A DNA stretch of 63,895 nt, the filler included, from Octopus bimaculoides (taxonomy: Eukaryota): NCBI RefSeq assembly GCF_001194135.2. It is 9 parts of 9 records of this genome, joined end to end, with 100 filler letters (N's around TTAATTAATTAA, not from the genome) between each part and the next. Parts side by side here need not be neighbours in the genome. Positions count along the whole stretch, not along the records: positions 1 to 28,803 come from NC_068985.1; 8 more parts are not named here. One strand, 5' to 3'. Below, piece after piece: positions 1 to 12,835 of this stretch; the stretch's first letter is position 1; each line of letters opens with the position of its first letter. The translations under genes and the position numbers were made by a program. The notes under the pieces are model-generated. The model did not search any database, was not told where the DNA came from, and was given only the letters and a program-made list of their open reading frames with translations.

Positions 1-8
1 TATATATA

Positions 9-44
<36 letters not shown>

Positions 45-1246
45 TACACACACACACACAAAATATGTACGTCGTCACAGAATGCGGCACACTTGTACAA
101 GCGAACACGCTCACACACATATAGAGACGTATTTCATAACATACCGCTTGAACACTATTTAATCACATACTGCAATCTTTCATTGTCATAAATGGCTCAG
201 CTCATTATACTCTTCCATTCATATTAGAATTAATAGAGATGAACTTTATCAACGTTTCCACTCTGACGCACATACTTCAATAGTTCGGCATTTTCCTTCT
301 TTAAAAGGCAGTAAGATTAATAAACGATTACAATTTCATCCTGCCTATGAATAAAGACCGACGTCATTTTCTATCAGTCTTTATACTTTCAAAACTCTAC
401 TACAATGGCCTTTCCCGAAAATAACTCTCTGTGAGCATCATTCAAGTCTCCTTTTGTTCCCACATTACAATTTTCTTTATTATTATCTATGTTTAACTGA
501 ACTGGCATTTAGTTTGAATTCTATCGAAGAATTGCATAACTAATCCCGCATAGGTACAATGCAACAATTGCAAAATTATCAGGAGATAGACTTTAATCCA
601 TAGTAGAGTTCATACGAGACGGGATTTTGATTTGTTTCAACATGCTGGACGAGATTCGTTTTTATTTTGCAGTTAATGCAGTTCTAGTCCCTGAGAGAAA
701 TTCTGTAAAATGAAGACAATATTATTTCAGCAAAATTGTTTGAAGCAGGAAAAGGAATTCTGGTCAATGTTGATGCTTGTAATAGATGTGTAGACTACAA
801 TAGAGTAGACTGTGCTTATATTTTGATATAAATGTCATGTTTTATTGTCTTCTGGTAAGTGTATTTGATTTTAACACTCTTGCGAATCAGTCATAAAATC
901 GGATCGATATCATATAAACACAAAGCGATTCTGTGAATCTCGCAGATGATTGTCATATAAAAATCGCCTTCATTGAGAAACGCGAGAATGAAAAGATGTG
1001 GAAATTCTATATATTTTTAATATTAAATAATAATAATATATTCTCTGATAGATCAAATAACTCAAGAGCCAGATCGAATTTATAATTCATTTCATATTTA
1101 ATATTCCAACACACAACTACCTACTCATATATTTATGTGAATGTACCAGTATACGTATATATGTGTGTGTTCGTATGCATGTATGTATACCGGTGTGTGT
1201 GAGAGAGAGAGAGAAAGAGAGAGAGAGNNNNNNNNNNGGTGTGTGT

Positions 1247-1299
<53 letters not shown>

Positions 1300-1907
1300 T
1301 TTGCACAAAATAATAGTAATGCCACTTGTTATTTAACTATATTTCTTTTGGCAATATTAAAAAATGTAAAATGCTCTAGTCTGCACTTATATGTTCATAT
1401 GTTTTATGTATGTCGTATGCCTGTGTTTTAGGTTTTGCAGATATATATACTGATATTAGTTAAAATGCTTGACATCTCTGATTTCCAAACAAGCAAAAGC
1501 TTTGGAGTGCAGATGGTGGAAGTTTCTAACTCTAAATCTCCTGATCTATGTTTCGAAAGGTATAACATCTAAAATCGTGTTGGCATTCCAAAATCGAGGT
1601 ATTAACGCAACTGGCCTGTATATTTCTGGAGGGAAGGCCAGGTGCACATAAAGACACCGAAAATTATTGAAACTGAGTGTTTCAAAGAAGCCATTCAAAT
1701 ACAGTAACAAATGCTGAGCCACTCGATTGGCAACCTGTGTTGATCAAAGCAACTTTATGCGGTGCGAAGACTGAATTTTCATACGGCTAAATTTATGCAA
1801 AATTGTTATGAACAGCACAAAATTAATTACTCATATTTGCGTTCCACTCATAGTCATCGGATTTCAATAAAATAGAATATTTATATTGCATATATATATA
1901 CATACAT

Positions 1908-2335
1908 AGAAGGTGACCCCCAAAAAAGCAGAGCCCATAAAACTTTTATTAAATCCTACAAAGGCCCAGCAAATTTCTTGAAATTTACTGGACTTAAACT
2001 TCGATCTATGTACGATCATTCATTTTGTATAATAGTCATGTTCTTTTCAAAATATGCTCCAAATTGCATACGTCTCGCAAAATTGTCAATTACTTGAACA
2101 CACTCCTCTTTGTGGATTTCCATGATTTCTGTTGTGATTGCTGACTTCAGTTCACCAATCGTTTGATGGCTGTTCTGGTGAACATTATACTTGAGATATC
2201 CCCACAGATTAAAATCTGGATGAGGATGGGGTCCAATCCGGTGAATGCGGTGCCCACTCAACGTCACACTCCCTGCTGATCAGTCTCTCCTGAAATCACT
2301 CTCTCAGCCAGGCTAAGGAGTCATTTGACGCGTGG
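1908..2335 (-). mobile_element. Tc1/mariner-superfamily transposon 3' fragment (DDD-type transposase C-terminus plus right end)
   Basis: Minus strand reads EWAPHSPD..(frameshift)..PDFNLWGYLKYNVHQNSHQTIGELKSAITTEI..CVQVIDNFARRMQ, a WxPxSPDLNPxDFxLWG motif. The end GAAGGTGACCCCCAAAAAAGCAG resembles a TACAGGGTG-type terminus. Confidence 0.75.
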
Positions 2336-2468
2336 GGGTGGCGCTGTCTTGCTAGAACCACTGTTTATGTCGATCTATCGCTCTGTGTCATTTTATTCAA
2401 ACAGTTTTATTCAAAGATTTATGAGTTCTGTATTTTTTTTTTTTGTGTCACCATGTATATGTATATAT

Positions 2469-2630
2469 GACAGGCTTCTTTTTGTTTCCGCCTACCACAT
2501 CCACTCAGAAGGCTTTGATCTGCTCGAAGCTACAGTAGAAGACACCTGCCAAGGTGTCACGCAGTGGGGCTGAACCCGGAATTAAGTGGTTTGAAAGCAA
2601 GCTTCTTACCGCATAGCGTCGCCTGTTCCT
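2469..2630 (-). mobile_element. tRNA-derived SINE family A, 5' half
   Basis: Reverse complement matches the head and central block of the full copy at 30048-30450 (GGTAAGAAGCTTGC..CCGGGTTCAG..CCTTGGCAGGTGTCTTCTACTGTAGC..GAAGCCTGTC). Confidence 0.8.
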
Positions 2631-2769
2631 TGTGTATGGATATATGGAGATAGAGAAACAGAAAGAGAGATAGAGAGATAACACTGCACAACGTTTGCAG
2701 AAAAAAACATGAGCGTAGAATACCATCTAATTTGTGACATCTTACAGGAGTTTTAATGAAGGATACTTA

Positions 2770-3660
2770 ATTATATTTCGGAAGCAACGCAACTACTTCT
2801 ACTTTCAGCTAGTGTATACCATGCAAGAGCTTGATGGTACTTCAGAAGAAACGCAGTGACTAGAATTATTTCTACTTAAAAGCAGTGCTTATACTTGTAA
2901 CTTTTAAATACGGATCTAATTATTTCTTTAAAATGCTAGGTTTATATCGCATGGATTAGTGATTGAAATGAATTCCTATTAATTTTAGTTATATCGATAG
3001 AGTTCTTTTAATATAATTTATGGTAGTGCACTTTTATGTTGAGTTTTTGGTTATTCCGAAGATTGTGTACCTGTAGATGTTGCTATGGCTTATAAGAATA
3101 AAAGGAAAAAGACAGGTATTTTACGTTAGCTGTTATTAAGACATGTAGTTGAAAGTCAGGCATGCATATGTTCCGACTATACCTCCATTAATCGTCACTT
3201 CTCTTTGATGTATAGGATCATCTTACCCTATATCTGCATGAAAATGTGCAAATGTTTTGTCATGCTAATGTAAATATCTCCAAGTCTGTTCTTTTTCGAT
3301 TCTGAAGTAATTTCTCCTTTGATGTAAAGATCTGATATATTTTTTCTATGCCAAATTCACTTCAGTTTTTCGCTGCTCTATATGGAATAACTATAATAAT
3401 TTTATACCACTCTATACTAAAGTTAATGTTTCTGTCTGTTAGTGACCAGATTGCATACATCAAGCTCGTGCTAACCATTATATTTCTATCCTTAAATGCA
3501 TTTAGCTGATTCGCTAGTCATTTTTAAAACTAAGCGGTGTCTCCTCAATATTGAAGTAGAAATATCTCACCGATATAATCGTACATCGATAAACAAGATT
3601 CTTCCACATTGTAAATTTAAGTGATAGACTTACTCTTTACCACGATTACAGAGATTGAAA
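2770..3660 (-). mobile_element. Penelope-like retroelement 3' fragment (GIY-YIG endonuclease remnant at 3228-3660 plus putative 3' UTR)
   Basis: Minus frame: FNLCNRGKE*VYHLNLQCGRNLVYRCTII..FNIEETPLSF*K*LANQLNAFKDRNIMVSTSLMYAIWSLTDRNINFSIEWYKIIIVIPY..GIEKIYQIFTSKEKLLQNRKR. This follows the PLE pattern CNC..C..NxVY..YIG..FKxRxxNH..STxLSxxIWxL..EK. Several stops; the 3' UTR extent is inferred. Confidence 0.75.
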
Positions 3661-4840
3661 TCTTGTCTCCATTATCTATGTTCGTGTTGCTCTTTTAGAT
3701 GTCCTCCCCAGTTTGTTTGCTTATTGATGTGATATTCATTGTAGTTTGTCTGCCTACAAGGTGTTCCATGCTGTTAGTTCTAGCGAGCCCTCTGGTCTGT
3801 CAGTTGTCTCCCCTCCACTGTAAGGCACTGTTCTGTTGTTATCGATATAGCACCGTCGATATAAGTAAATTGAATAGGAACACAGTTTAACGTCAAATCC
3901 ATGGAAAAAGCCTATTAGTACACCTTAATGATAAATTTGGCCTGATTTCATAGGTACCGATTTCTGCCAGTAAACTACTGTGAAGTTGAGATGAACAGCC
4001 GGATAAATTTTAGAACCTTACTGGGTTTCAAGTAACCTTCCGTCACTTCCCTTTGTATCTTAAACTAGCTAAAAAATGAATAATGCTTCGAGTCACGCTT
4101 GTTGAAGGAAACTGAATGAAAGTGCACAGAAAATGATGCTCAGTTGCATATGCAATTGCATATAATAGGTGTTACAGAAACACATGAGATCAATTTACCC
4201 AACAAATTATGGAAGAGGACAAGCTGTAAAGTTAAAAGGGAAATTTGATGATGTACCACTCTCCGTATTTCGTTTAAAAAATTTTAAATCTCCTCCCCTG
4301 ATAATATTCACAATGCATTGAAGTGAACACGGAGATAACCATCAGAAGAATTTCAGCGGGATTGCTAATAACGAGTGATCATCGTCGGTCACTATTTTAA
4401 ACCGCAGCAGATTTTAAAATGTGATCAAAGTGAATAAAAATTATTTAAATATATATGAGGATATTATTGTTCATAATAATATCAGTGGCTTAGCATGAGT
4501 AAAAAAAAAAGAAGCCTCTTTTTGAACTTGCTGCGGCATTAAAACGGTCATCCTACACATTGGTGAGATGAATAATCTCTTTAATCATGGGGTCAGTAAG
4601 ACTCGCTGAAGATAATTAAGTTCGAAATCATGGTGATAGGTTATATCTGACTTTTGCAATTTTCAATTTTTTTCGTCATTGGAAACGGAGTTTTAGGATT
4701 TTTATTAATTTTCCCGCTTTCACCTCTGTGCTTCAGTGAAATTTCGTGGTTTGGTAATTCTGACTGCTATATTTAGGGTGCCGGTACTACTTGTTAGTAA
4801 CCGAGAACATATATCAAATTGGAGTCAACGACTTTATATT

Positions 4841-5028
4841 TAACACCATGCCTCCAAACATTTGATAAGTGTTTCCATATATGCGTTCCCTGAAGGTATG
4901 GGGTTATTTTTAGTTAAAGAGCCCTAACAATGTTTATTCATAATGCAGACTATACCTTCAAGGAAGTCTGTACCTTCAAGGAACGCATATATGGAATCAC
5001 TTATCAAATGTTTGGAGGCGTGGTGTTA
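4841..5028. mobile_element. MITE / foldback element with 58-bp terminal inverted repeats and TA flanks
   Basis: 4841-4898 and the reverse complement of 4971-5028 match at 55/58 positions, starting and ending in TA. Confidence 0.85.
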
Positions 5029-5156
5029 TGTGTAAATAAGCTGACTCGAATTTGATGTTTGTTCTCTGATCAATGTCTGTGTCACATTTTAGCACTTTTT
5101 TGTAGTCTTATAATCCCTTTCTTCTCAATAAAATGGGGCAAAAATTATTTCTTGTC

Positions 5157-5202
<46 letters not shown>

Positions 5203-5237
5203 GTACAAACACATACACACATATGTATTTATCATTT

Positions 5238-5433
5238 ATCCTTTTAGTCTTTAAACTGCAGCTATGATGGAACTTGGGCTCGGTGAACTGTAGCCGAAAG
5301 AATGGACACCAGTGCTTATTTATCTCTTTTAAAACCTTGTAGTTAATCTATCGAGCTGTTTTAACCAAGAGCTAAGTTACGAGGACGTAAACACATCAAC
5401 AACGTTTGACAAGCAGTAGCAGGGGACGAACAC
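5238..5433 (-). mobile_element. SINE family A, 3' half (degenerate)
   Basis: GCTAAGTTACGAGGACGTAAACACATCAAC..GACAAGC is the reverse complement of the family A tail. Confidence 0.7.
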
Positions 5434-5597
5434 GGTCGCGGAGACTCACACACGCACACAGATATATACTTTGACACACATAATACACACATGCACGCAC
5501 GTATATACACATATAATCAAGTTTACTTACACACGCATATAAAAATACAGTTATATGTACATATGTATTTGTTTGTGTATGTTTATACATACACACA

Positions 5598-5665
<68 letters not shown>

Positions 5666-5679
5666 NNNNNNNNNNNNNN

Positions 5680-5719
<40 letters not shown>

Positions 5720-6515
5720 TAGGATTATTGGTTGTGGAATTGAAATTGCACCTGGGTCTTAAAAATAATATTACTTGTTTTAGTATTTTTAAAACATGTT
5801 TTAAGATACCATTTAGACTTCTTTAATATTTTGTTTCAATAGTAAACATAGAAGGAGATCAAAGTTTAAAAGACTGTAAATGCATAGTAGTAAATTTCGT
5901 ATTGATAAAACATGCTCAAGAAAATAAAATGTTCTATGTGTTTCATAGGAAAATTACACGACCGAATATTCAAGTATTCAGTACGTTTCACAACAATAAC
6001 AAAGATTAAAGTCCAAATGTACGATAAGCTTCATAACGCTAAAGAATGAGAGAAAGTAGAACTGTCACTAGATTTCAACGCAATAATTTGTTTTAGAAAT
6101 TAAATAAGTTAATTATCTTAAAAAAGTAAAACCAAATTATAAATGTTGTCGTCTTGTATGAAGCGGAATTCCCTATCATCCGCTTGATATTTAGTGTTTT
6201 CAGGCATAAGTTACAAACTTGATTGATTACTTTCTGATAGACATCCCTGGTGGTCCGTGAGTGTTATAGTGTTCTGCTTTGCCGACTGCCTTTCAACCTC
6301 CTATGTTTATTTTATGATTTGTCCCTTGTTCTTATTTCGGCAATAGTTCGAATACCTATTTGATTGACAGTCTGAGAACGGCATTCGCTCAACAACTGTT
6401 TTGGTCCTCTGTTTTTGTCCAGTAGTTTGTCCGTGCTCCGGTCAGTTGCTTTTCTCTCGACGCTGTTTCTTATCAAAAGTCTTGGCTACTTTAGTTACAT
6501 CTTGGTTTTCAGTAT

Positions 6516-6708
6516 ACTCTTTTACCCTTTTACTTGTTTCAGTCAGTTGACTGTGACCATGCTGGAGCACCGCCTTTCAGTCGAGCACATCGACCCCAGG
6601 ACTTATTCTTTGTAAGCCTAGTACTTATTCTATCGTACGGGGACGTAAACGCACCGGCATCGGTTGTCAAGCGATGTTGGAGAGACAAACACAGACACAC
6701 AAACATAT

Positions 6709-6741
<33 letters not shown>

Positions 6742-6877
6742 CGCCAGGCTTCTTTCAGTTTCTGTCTACCAAATTCACTCAAAAGGCTTTGGTCGGCCCG
6801 AGACTATAGTAGAAGACACTTGTCCAAGATGCCACGTTGTGGGACTGAACCCGGAATCATGTGGTTCGTAAGCAAGT
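6516..6877 (-). mobile_element. SINE family A, near full length
   Basis: Collinear reverse complement of 30048-30450, including the internal (TA/CA) microsatellite and the GCTCCAGCATGGTCACAGTCAACTGACTGAAACAAGTAAAAG tail. Confidence 0.9.
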
Positions 6878-8124
6878 GTATCTCTTTTTTATGATTAGCA
6901 TGTTTAAAATGGATACTTGAATTTTACTATATTCCATTGTATGTTGAATAGTTTTATCACTCTCAGTACAGCCAACGGTTGTTCTGTGTGTTTACCATTT
7001 GTTCATATTGGAGCCTCAGATGCGATACCAACCAGTAGAAATTTCTGGAAGAGAGAATTGCGTCATGGTGGCGTTTTTCTCACAGATGGTGCCTAACTAA
7101 CCCTACTATATTGTGTGGTCGATAAAATCAAAACCAAATTATGTGCATCTGCAGAATTAAAAGTATAACATGGCAACATGAAGGGAAAGAGAACAAAAAG
7201 GAAAAAAAAAGAGATAGGATAAAGGATAAAGATAGAAAGTGGGAGAAAGAAAAAGAGGGAGAGAGATGCGTCCATAATGTGAGGTAGGGAACGTAATATT
7301 TATTACGTGGTAAAAAAAAAGTTAGTTGAAGGTAGAGTAAGAGAATTAGAATTATAATTTTAGCAGAGGAATGATGTTCTTATGGTAAGGTTAAAGAAAA
7401 GCAGTGATAGAGAGGGGAGAGAGAGAAGGGAGAGAAAGAGAGGGATTAGAGAGGAGGAGAGAGATCATGATGATTGGACAGTGAAAAGTGTATTTTTTTA
7501 AAAATTGAATTTGTTTTTTTATATCAACTATTACTTAACGCTTGGACGAAGGTGCAATTCCGTGAAATAGCCATGCCTATTTACGTTGTATATATGTATG
7601 TATATATATATGTATATATATNNNNNNNNNNNNNNNNNNNNNNNNNNNNNNNNNNNNNNNNNNNNNNNNNNNNNNNNNNNNNNNNNNNNNNNNNNNNNNN
7701 NNNNNNNNNNNNNNNNNNNNNNNNNNNNNNNNNNNNNNNNNNNNNNNNNNNNNNNNNNNNNNNNNNNNNNNNNNNNNNNNNNNNNNNNNNNNNNNNNNNN
7801 NNNNNNNNNNNNNNNNNNNNNNNNNNNNNNNNNNNNNNNNNNNNNNNNNNNNNNNNNNNNNNNNNNNNNNNNNNNNNNNNNNNNNNNNNNNNNNNNNNNN
7901 NNNNNNNNNNNNNNNNNNNNNNNNNNNNNNNNNNNNNNNNNNNNNNNNNNNNNNNNNNNNNNNNNNNNNNNNNNNNNNNNNNNNNNNNNNNNNNNNNNNN
8001 NNNNNNNNNNNNNNNNNNNNNNNNNNNNNNNNNNNNNNNNNNNNNNNNNNNNNNNNNNNNNNNNNNNNNNNNNNNNNNNNNNNNNNNNNNNNNNNNNNNN
8101 NNNNNNNNNNNNNNNNNNNNNNNN

Positions 8125-8930
8125 CATCAATGGGCAGCAACTGAACGCGGTGGACAAGTTCACCTACCTTAGCAGCACACTTTCTATAAAATTGTGTCGT
8201 CGATGATGAAATCCACACCAGGCACGCCAAGGCAAGCGCTGCTTTCGGCAGGCTACGGAACTGTCTGGAACAAAAGGAGGATCACCATCAGGACAAAGAT
8301 CAAGGTGTACCGGGCTGTTGTTCTCACAACGCTGCTTTACAACCGCAAGTCCTGGACGGTCCACCAGCGTCATACCAGGAAGCTGAACCACTTTCACACA
8401 ATACGCTTCAGAAAACTTCTCGGCACAAAGTGGCAGGACAGGATCCCGGACAACGAGGTACTAATACGTGCTAACCTACCCAGCATCCATACCAACATGA
8501 TGCAGTCTCAGCTTCGCTGGGCCGGGTACGTAGCTCACATGTCAGACGATAGATAACCAAAAAGATTGCTCTTTGGCGAGCCGCAAAAAGGAAAGCGCCC
8601 ACAAGGCGGGCAGAAGAAGCGCTTTAAGGACACACTGAAAGCCTCTCCGGAAACCTTCAATATCGATCATAACACTTGGGAGCAGTCTGCTCTAGACAGA
8701 GAAAGGTGGCGATCAGCTGTCCACAAGGATGCCAACATATGCGAGACCAGTAGGACCGCTGCTGCAGAAGATCGCAGACATGCCAGGAAGAACAGAGCTA
8801 ATAACCCTGTAGCAGGCACTACCATTCCCTGTCCACACTGTCAAAAACTCTTTCGGGCGCAGATTGGCCTCACTAGCCAGCCCCACACCAGGATGACTAG
8901 GTGATCTTCATCGCATCGACGGACACACTA
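8125..8930 (+). mobile_element. RTE-clade LINE 3' fragment (post-RT region and one C-terminal C2H2-like finger), decayed
   Basis: INGQQLNAVDKFTYLSSTLS..KIKVYRAVVLTTLLY..SWT..LNHFH..QLRWAGYVAHMSDDR*PKRLLFGE..GKRPQGGQKKRFKDTLK..WEQSALDRERWR..CPHCQKLFRAQIGLTS. The 5' part is lost in an N-gap. Confidence 0.92.
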
Positions 8931-8935
8931 CATAC

Positions 8936-9163
8936 ATTGCACCCAGAAAGTTACCCTTCCATGTACAAATCCGGGCAAGCTTGTTTATGGAAGACAAGCA
9001 GTTGCCCATGCATACCGGCCTCCCCTCTCCACGTCACCAGTGTTATCCAAGGTAAAGGTAAAGGCCGATACAGCTTGGCACCTGCGACGTCGCAACTCAT
9101 TTCTATAACTGAGTGAACTGGAGCAATGTGAAATAAAGTGTCTTGCTCAAGACACTTAACGCA
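8936..9163 (-). mobile_element. SINE family C, central/3' part
   Basis: Reverse complement contains TCTTGAGCAAGACACTTTATTTCACATTGCTCCAGTTCACTCAG, a block shared with 37950-38103, 48483-48814 and 50715-50944. Confidence 0.75.
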
Positions 9164-11506
9164 ATTTAACTAAGGATTGTATTATAAGTACTGGATAATT
9201 TTTTTTATGTTTGTGGGAAAAGTGGGAAATAAGACTGAATATTTTTTTATGAATGCTATGTATTAAGTCTATAAAATTGTGCATAAAGTATATAAAATGT
9301 ATTAAGTAATCATCGTATTCCAATTTCTTTCACTTTTGAATGAGTAACAGATGAGCGACTATCTTTCCATATAGGCACAACACTGGCTACGCTTCCAGGT
9401 TTTTTGGATAAAGTTTTCAGAAATAACTTAATAGGATCAGCATTCATTCTGTGAACCCTTTCTCGGCATTTTATTGAATTACAGACTAAGTTATGTTTCT
9501 AAATATTTCTTCAACATTACACATACAAAGTACAGTAATTAGTAATTTGCCTCATAGTGAAATATTTATTTCTTCATCAGGAATTTATTAGTTACAGGAA
9601 ATTTTAAGAGTAAAACCTTCTTTCTCATATTTTATTCCTAGGAAGCATATGACTATTAAGCATTTTTGTAACTTATTAGCATATGCAAAGAATGCAATCA
9701 CCAACCAAGTGCTAGATTTGTGTGAAACTGTTTTGTCTATGTTAATGATTGACATTATTTCTTGTGAAATTTATCAAGTACGTATTTTTATATCCTTCAC
9801 TTCGTTACACACATAGGAAAGAATTAAGCCCTTCACGCTAAAATAAAACAAAACAAGGATTTGTAAGTATTGCAAAATACAATAACAACTAACCATACAG
9901 ATAATTAACAATACTCTTCCATATATGTTTACATATAAGTAAAACTTATAATACACTCAGTAATGAAGATCTACCCAAGGAAATATAGAGCAGTACACGC
10001 ACACGCGAAAACACACACACACACACACATACTTACTCATTGATTCACGCACATATACATATCATCATACAAATTCGTCTGTCGAAACAAATTCATCGTA
10101 AATACTTCCCAAGCTCTAATTTTCTCCAAATCTAAAAGAAAGGATTAAATGTGAATGCATGTTATAAAATCAACACATCTCACTGTAATACCTATTGTTA
10201 TGATTATTTCCTGTGATACATTAACATGGAAGAAATAAAGAAACACAGATATATCTTGCAAAATGAAAATAGAATATATATAAATCCTGCACGAATAATA
10301 GTACGAAAATATAAGACATATATGTAACTCAGCAATATAAAGAAATCTCATTGATCAGAAAATGGTGAAATGCGATGGAAAGAAAACTATATTGATCTGG
10401 AAACTAAGAAACCATTTAAATCCACGCTAAAAAAATACAACGCCCTCTTTGCTGTTATTCTTGTAAAAGAAAATACATGTTCTGTTATATTTCTGATGAT
10501 GATGCCGCTTGTTTTACTATATTATTATGTTATTCCAAATTACATTGTTGGTTATTTCTATTCTTTGAATCAAACAACCATCGCAATTATATAATTACTG
10601 CTTTAAGGAAAAGATCTATATATAATTCCAGTAGAATCTCTTCTGGAACATATGAACAAACCTTACATAAAACTTGAGGAGGAAGCAAACATATTCGCAT
10701 CCCAAACGTCAGATATAAAGATTTCTTTTTCCTTTACTTATTTCTGTAAATGACGAAAGCTAGCACTCTTTCTATAAAAGATTATTCGCTCAAACCATCT
10801 CGTAGGAAGTAAATGAGATGAGAATATACATGAGTTCGACACAAATAATTATTTCCCATTGTATTCTTGTGTTGCTGTTCACCATTTTAAGATAATTTGA
10901 AGATGCAGGAATAAAAGTTCGAGGCCAGCAGATAAAGAAAATTACAAAATAGGGATAAAAAGGAAAATGATATTTTGTTCCGAATAACAATTATATCGAA
11001 TAAAATCTTACTTTCGAATATTCAGTTGAATTACAGATACATTTTCCTCGGGGATTTAGTAGTAAAAAATGTCGAGAGACATCTTGGAACTATTATGAAA
11101 CAAGGCAGAAGCATTTATGATAAAATATAGATCAGCGTATATAAAGGACAAAACTAACAAATAACCGTTTGGAAATCTCGGAAAAAAAGGACCATAATTT
11201 GAAAAATATCACAAAATGCATTATGAAATAACTAAACCTAAATGTAAAAAGAATTGTGGAATCGTACTAGTTTCAATAGAATGTGGTAAATAATTCGGTT
11301 TTCACTTTCGTATCTTAATAAGTGTATGATTAGATGCATGGAAGGAAAATAAAATCGATATACAGTTGAGTATCGTGTAAAAATTTCTCCTCCTTCAATA
11401 TAGAATTTTTTAGAGAAATACATTTAAATAATTCACTGAATGTCGGTGTCTATCTAGAATGAATGAATTTTTTTCTCAGGTGGAGAATGAATACAACCGC
11501 ATTCTC

Positions 11507-11541
<35 letters not shown>

Positions 11542-11831
11542 CATGTGTGTGTATGCGCGCGCGCGTATGCGTGTGTGTGTATAGGCAATGATACTGACAT
11601 TACATATACATATAGTAATATAACTGAAATATTTCAGAAATAATGAAAGTAACGAGAAGCACCTCTGCATATTTATGTATGCATGTATATATATGCGCGC
11701 GCGCGCGTACAGAGACATTACAGATGTAAATAGACACCCCATGGAACAGTTTTACGTTTATTCCAACTTTTGATGGTTTTATTTCATATTGACATTTTTA
11801 TGTTTCAGGTTCTATATGTGACTGTTTAATC

Positions 11832-12835
11832 ATGCCATATACAAAAGAAACCTTGAAACTGTCTGAATTTCAAAGAGACCGTATCGTAGCTCATTCTGAA
11901 GGTGAGCATAGTCAGCGTAAAATCACAGAAAATATTGGGATCCCGCTTTCTGCAGTTAAAAGAGTGATTGTGCAATTCAGCAGAGAGGGCTTGGAGTCCA
12001 CATCGCGTGGCCCAGATCAACCAGGGCCATCTGACAGGTCCCTTATATTTCCTAAGAGAAGTGTGAAGGATAATCCTCGTTGCAATGCCTCTGATATAAC
12101 CAAACAAGTTGATGTCAGTCCCAGAACGGCTGTTAGGTACCCCCACAAACTTTGTTACTATGGCAGAGCAGCAAGAAGGAAGCCATCTCCTCGACCAGCC
12201 AACATCCAGCAGAGAAAAGATTGAGCCAGTGAATGGTGAAGAGGTCACTAGCATTTTTGGACACTGTTATAGTCTCCGATGAATCCAGGTTTGCTGTAAT
12301 TTCTGCCAGTGGTCCAGTGTGGGTCTGGATACGCTGTGATCAAGAATTTGATGTGAAAATATTGCAGCCAACAATGAAACACGGCAGCTATGCTGTGATG
12401 GTCTGGGGATCAGTTTGAAGCAATGGCTGATCAGAGCTTGTGGAGTGTAAGAGAAACATAAACTCAGATATATATGTGTCCATATTGCAGAGAGGACTCC
12501 TTCTAATCTTCTCCAGTGGTGAAAAGATTAAAGAATACTCTTTATTTTTGGAAAACGGAGCTTCTTGTCACACGGTTAAAATGGCACAAGATTTTTGGGT
12601 GAGAATGGCATTAAAAAGCTTTCATCAGATATGAACCCTATTGAACACCTCTAGGACATAATGGACAAGACATTTTATAAAAAGTACAAGAAAACTTCTC
12701 TAAAGACAGATCTTTTGAGATTACTGCATGAAACTTAACGAGATTCCGCAAGAGAATATTCTTCATTTGATCAGTAACATACCTAATAAGTTCCTTGCAT
12801 TGAAAAAGGCAAAGTGCATGTCTATTAAATATTAA
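11832..12835 (+). pseudogene. Tc1-family transposase, essentially full length but disrupted
   Basis: Paired-like HTH (LSEFQRDRIVA..IGIPLSAVKRVI), GRAARRKP, IVSDESRF (D1), VMVWGS, FLENGASCH (D2 decayed), PDMNPIEHL (E), ending ALKKAKCMSIKY*. Several frameshifts and stops. Confidence 0.9.

Noticed and set aside
7474-8230. Long ORFs of 110-260 aa here and at 20102-20536, 32873-33659, 34056-34742, 40504-41193 and 42638-43160
   Set aside because: They are open only because they run through N-gaps.
11030-11075. YIFLGD, resembling a PPP phosphatase motif
   Set aside because: The following DRG and the other motifs are absent, and the frame is closed by stops on both sides.
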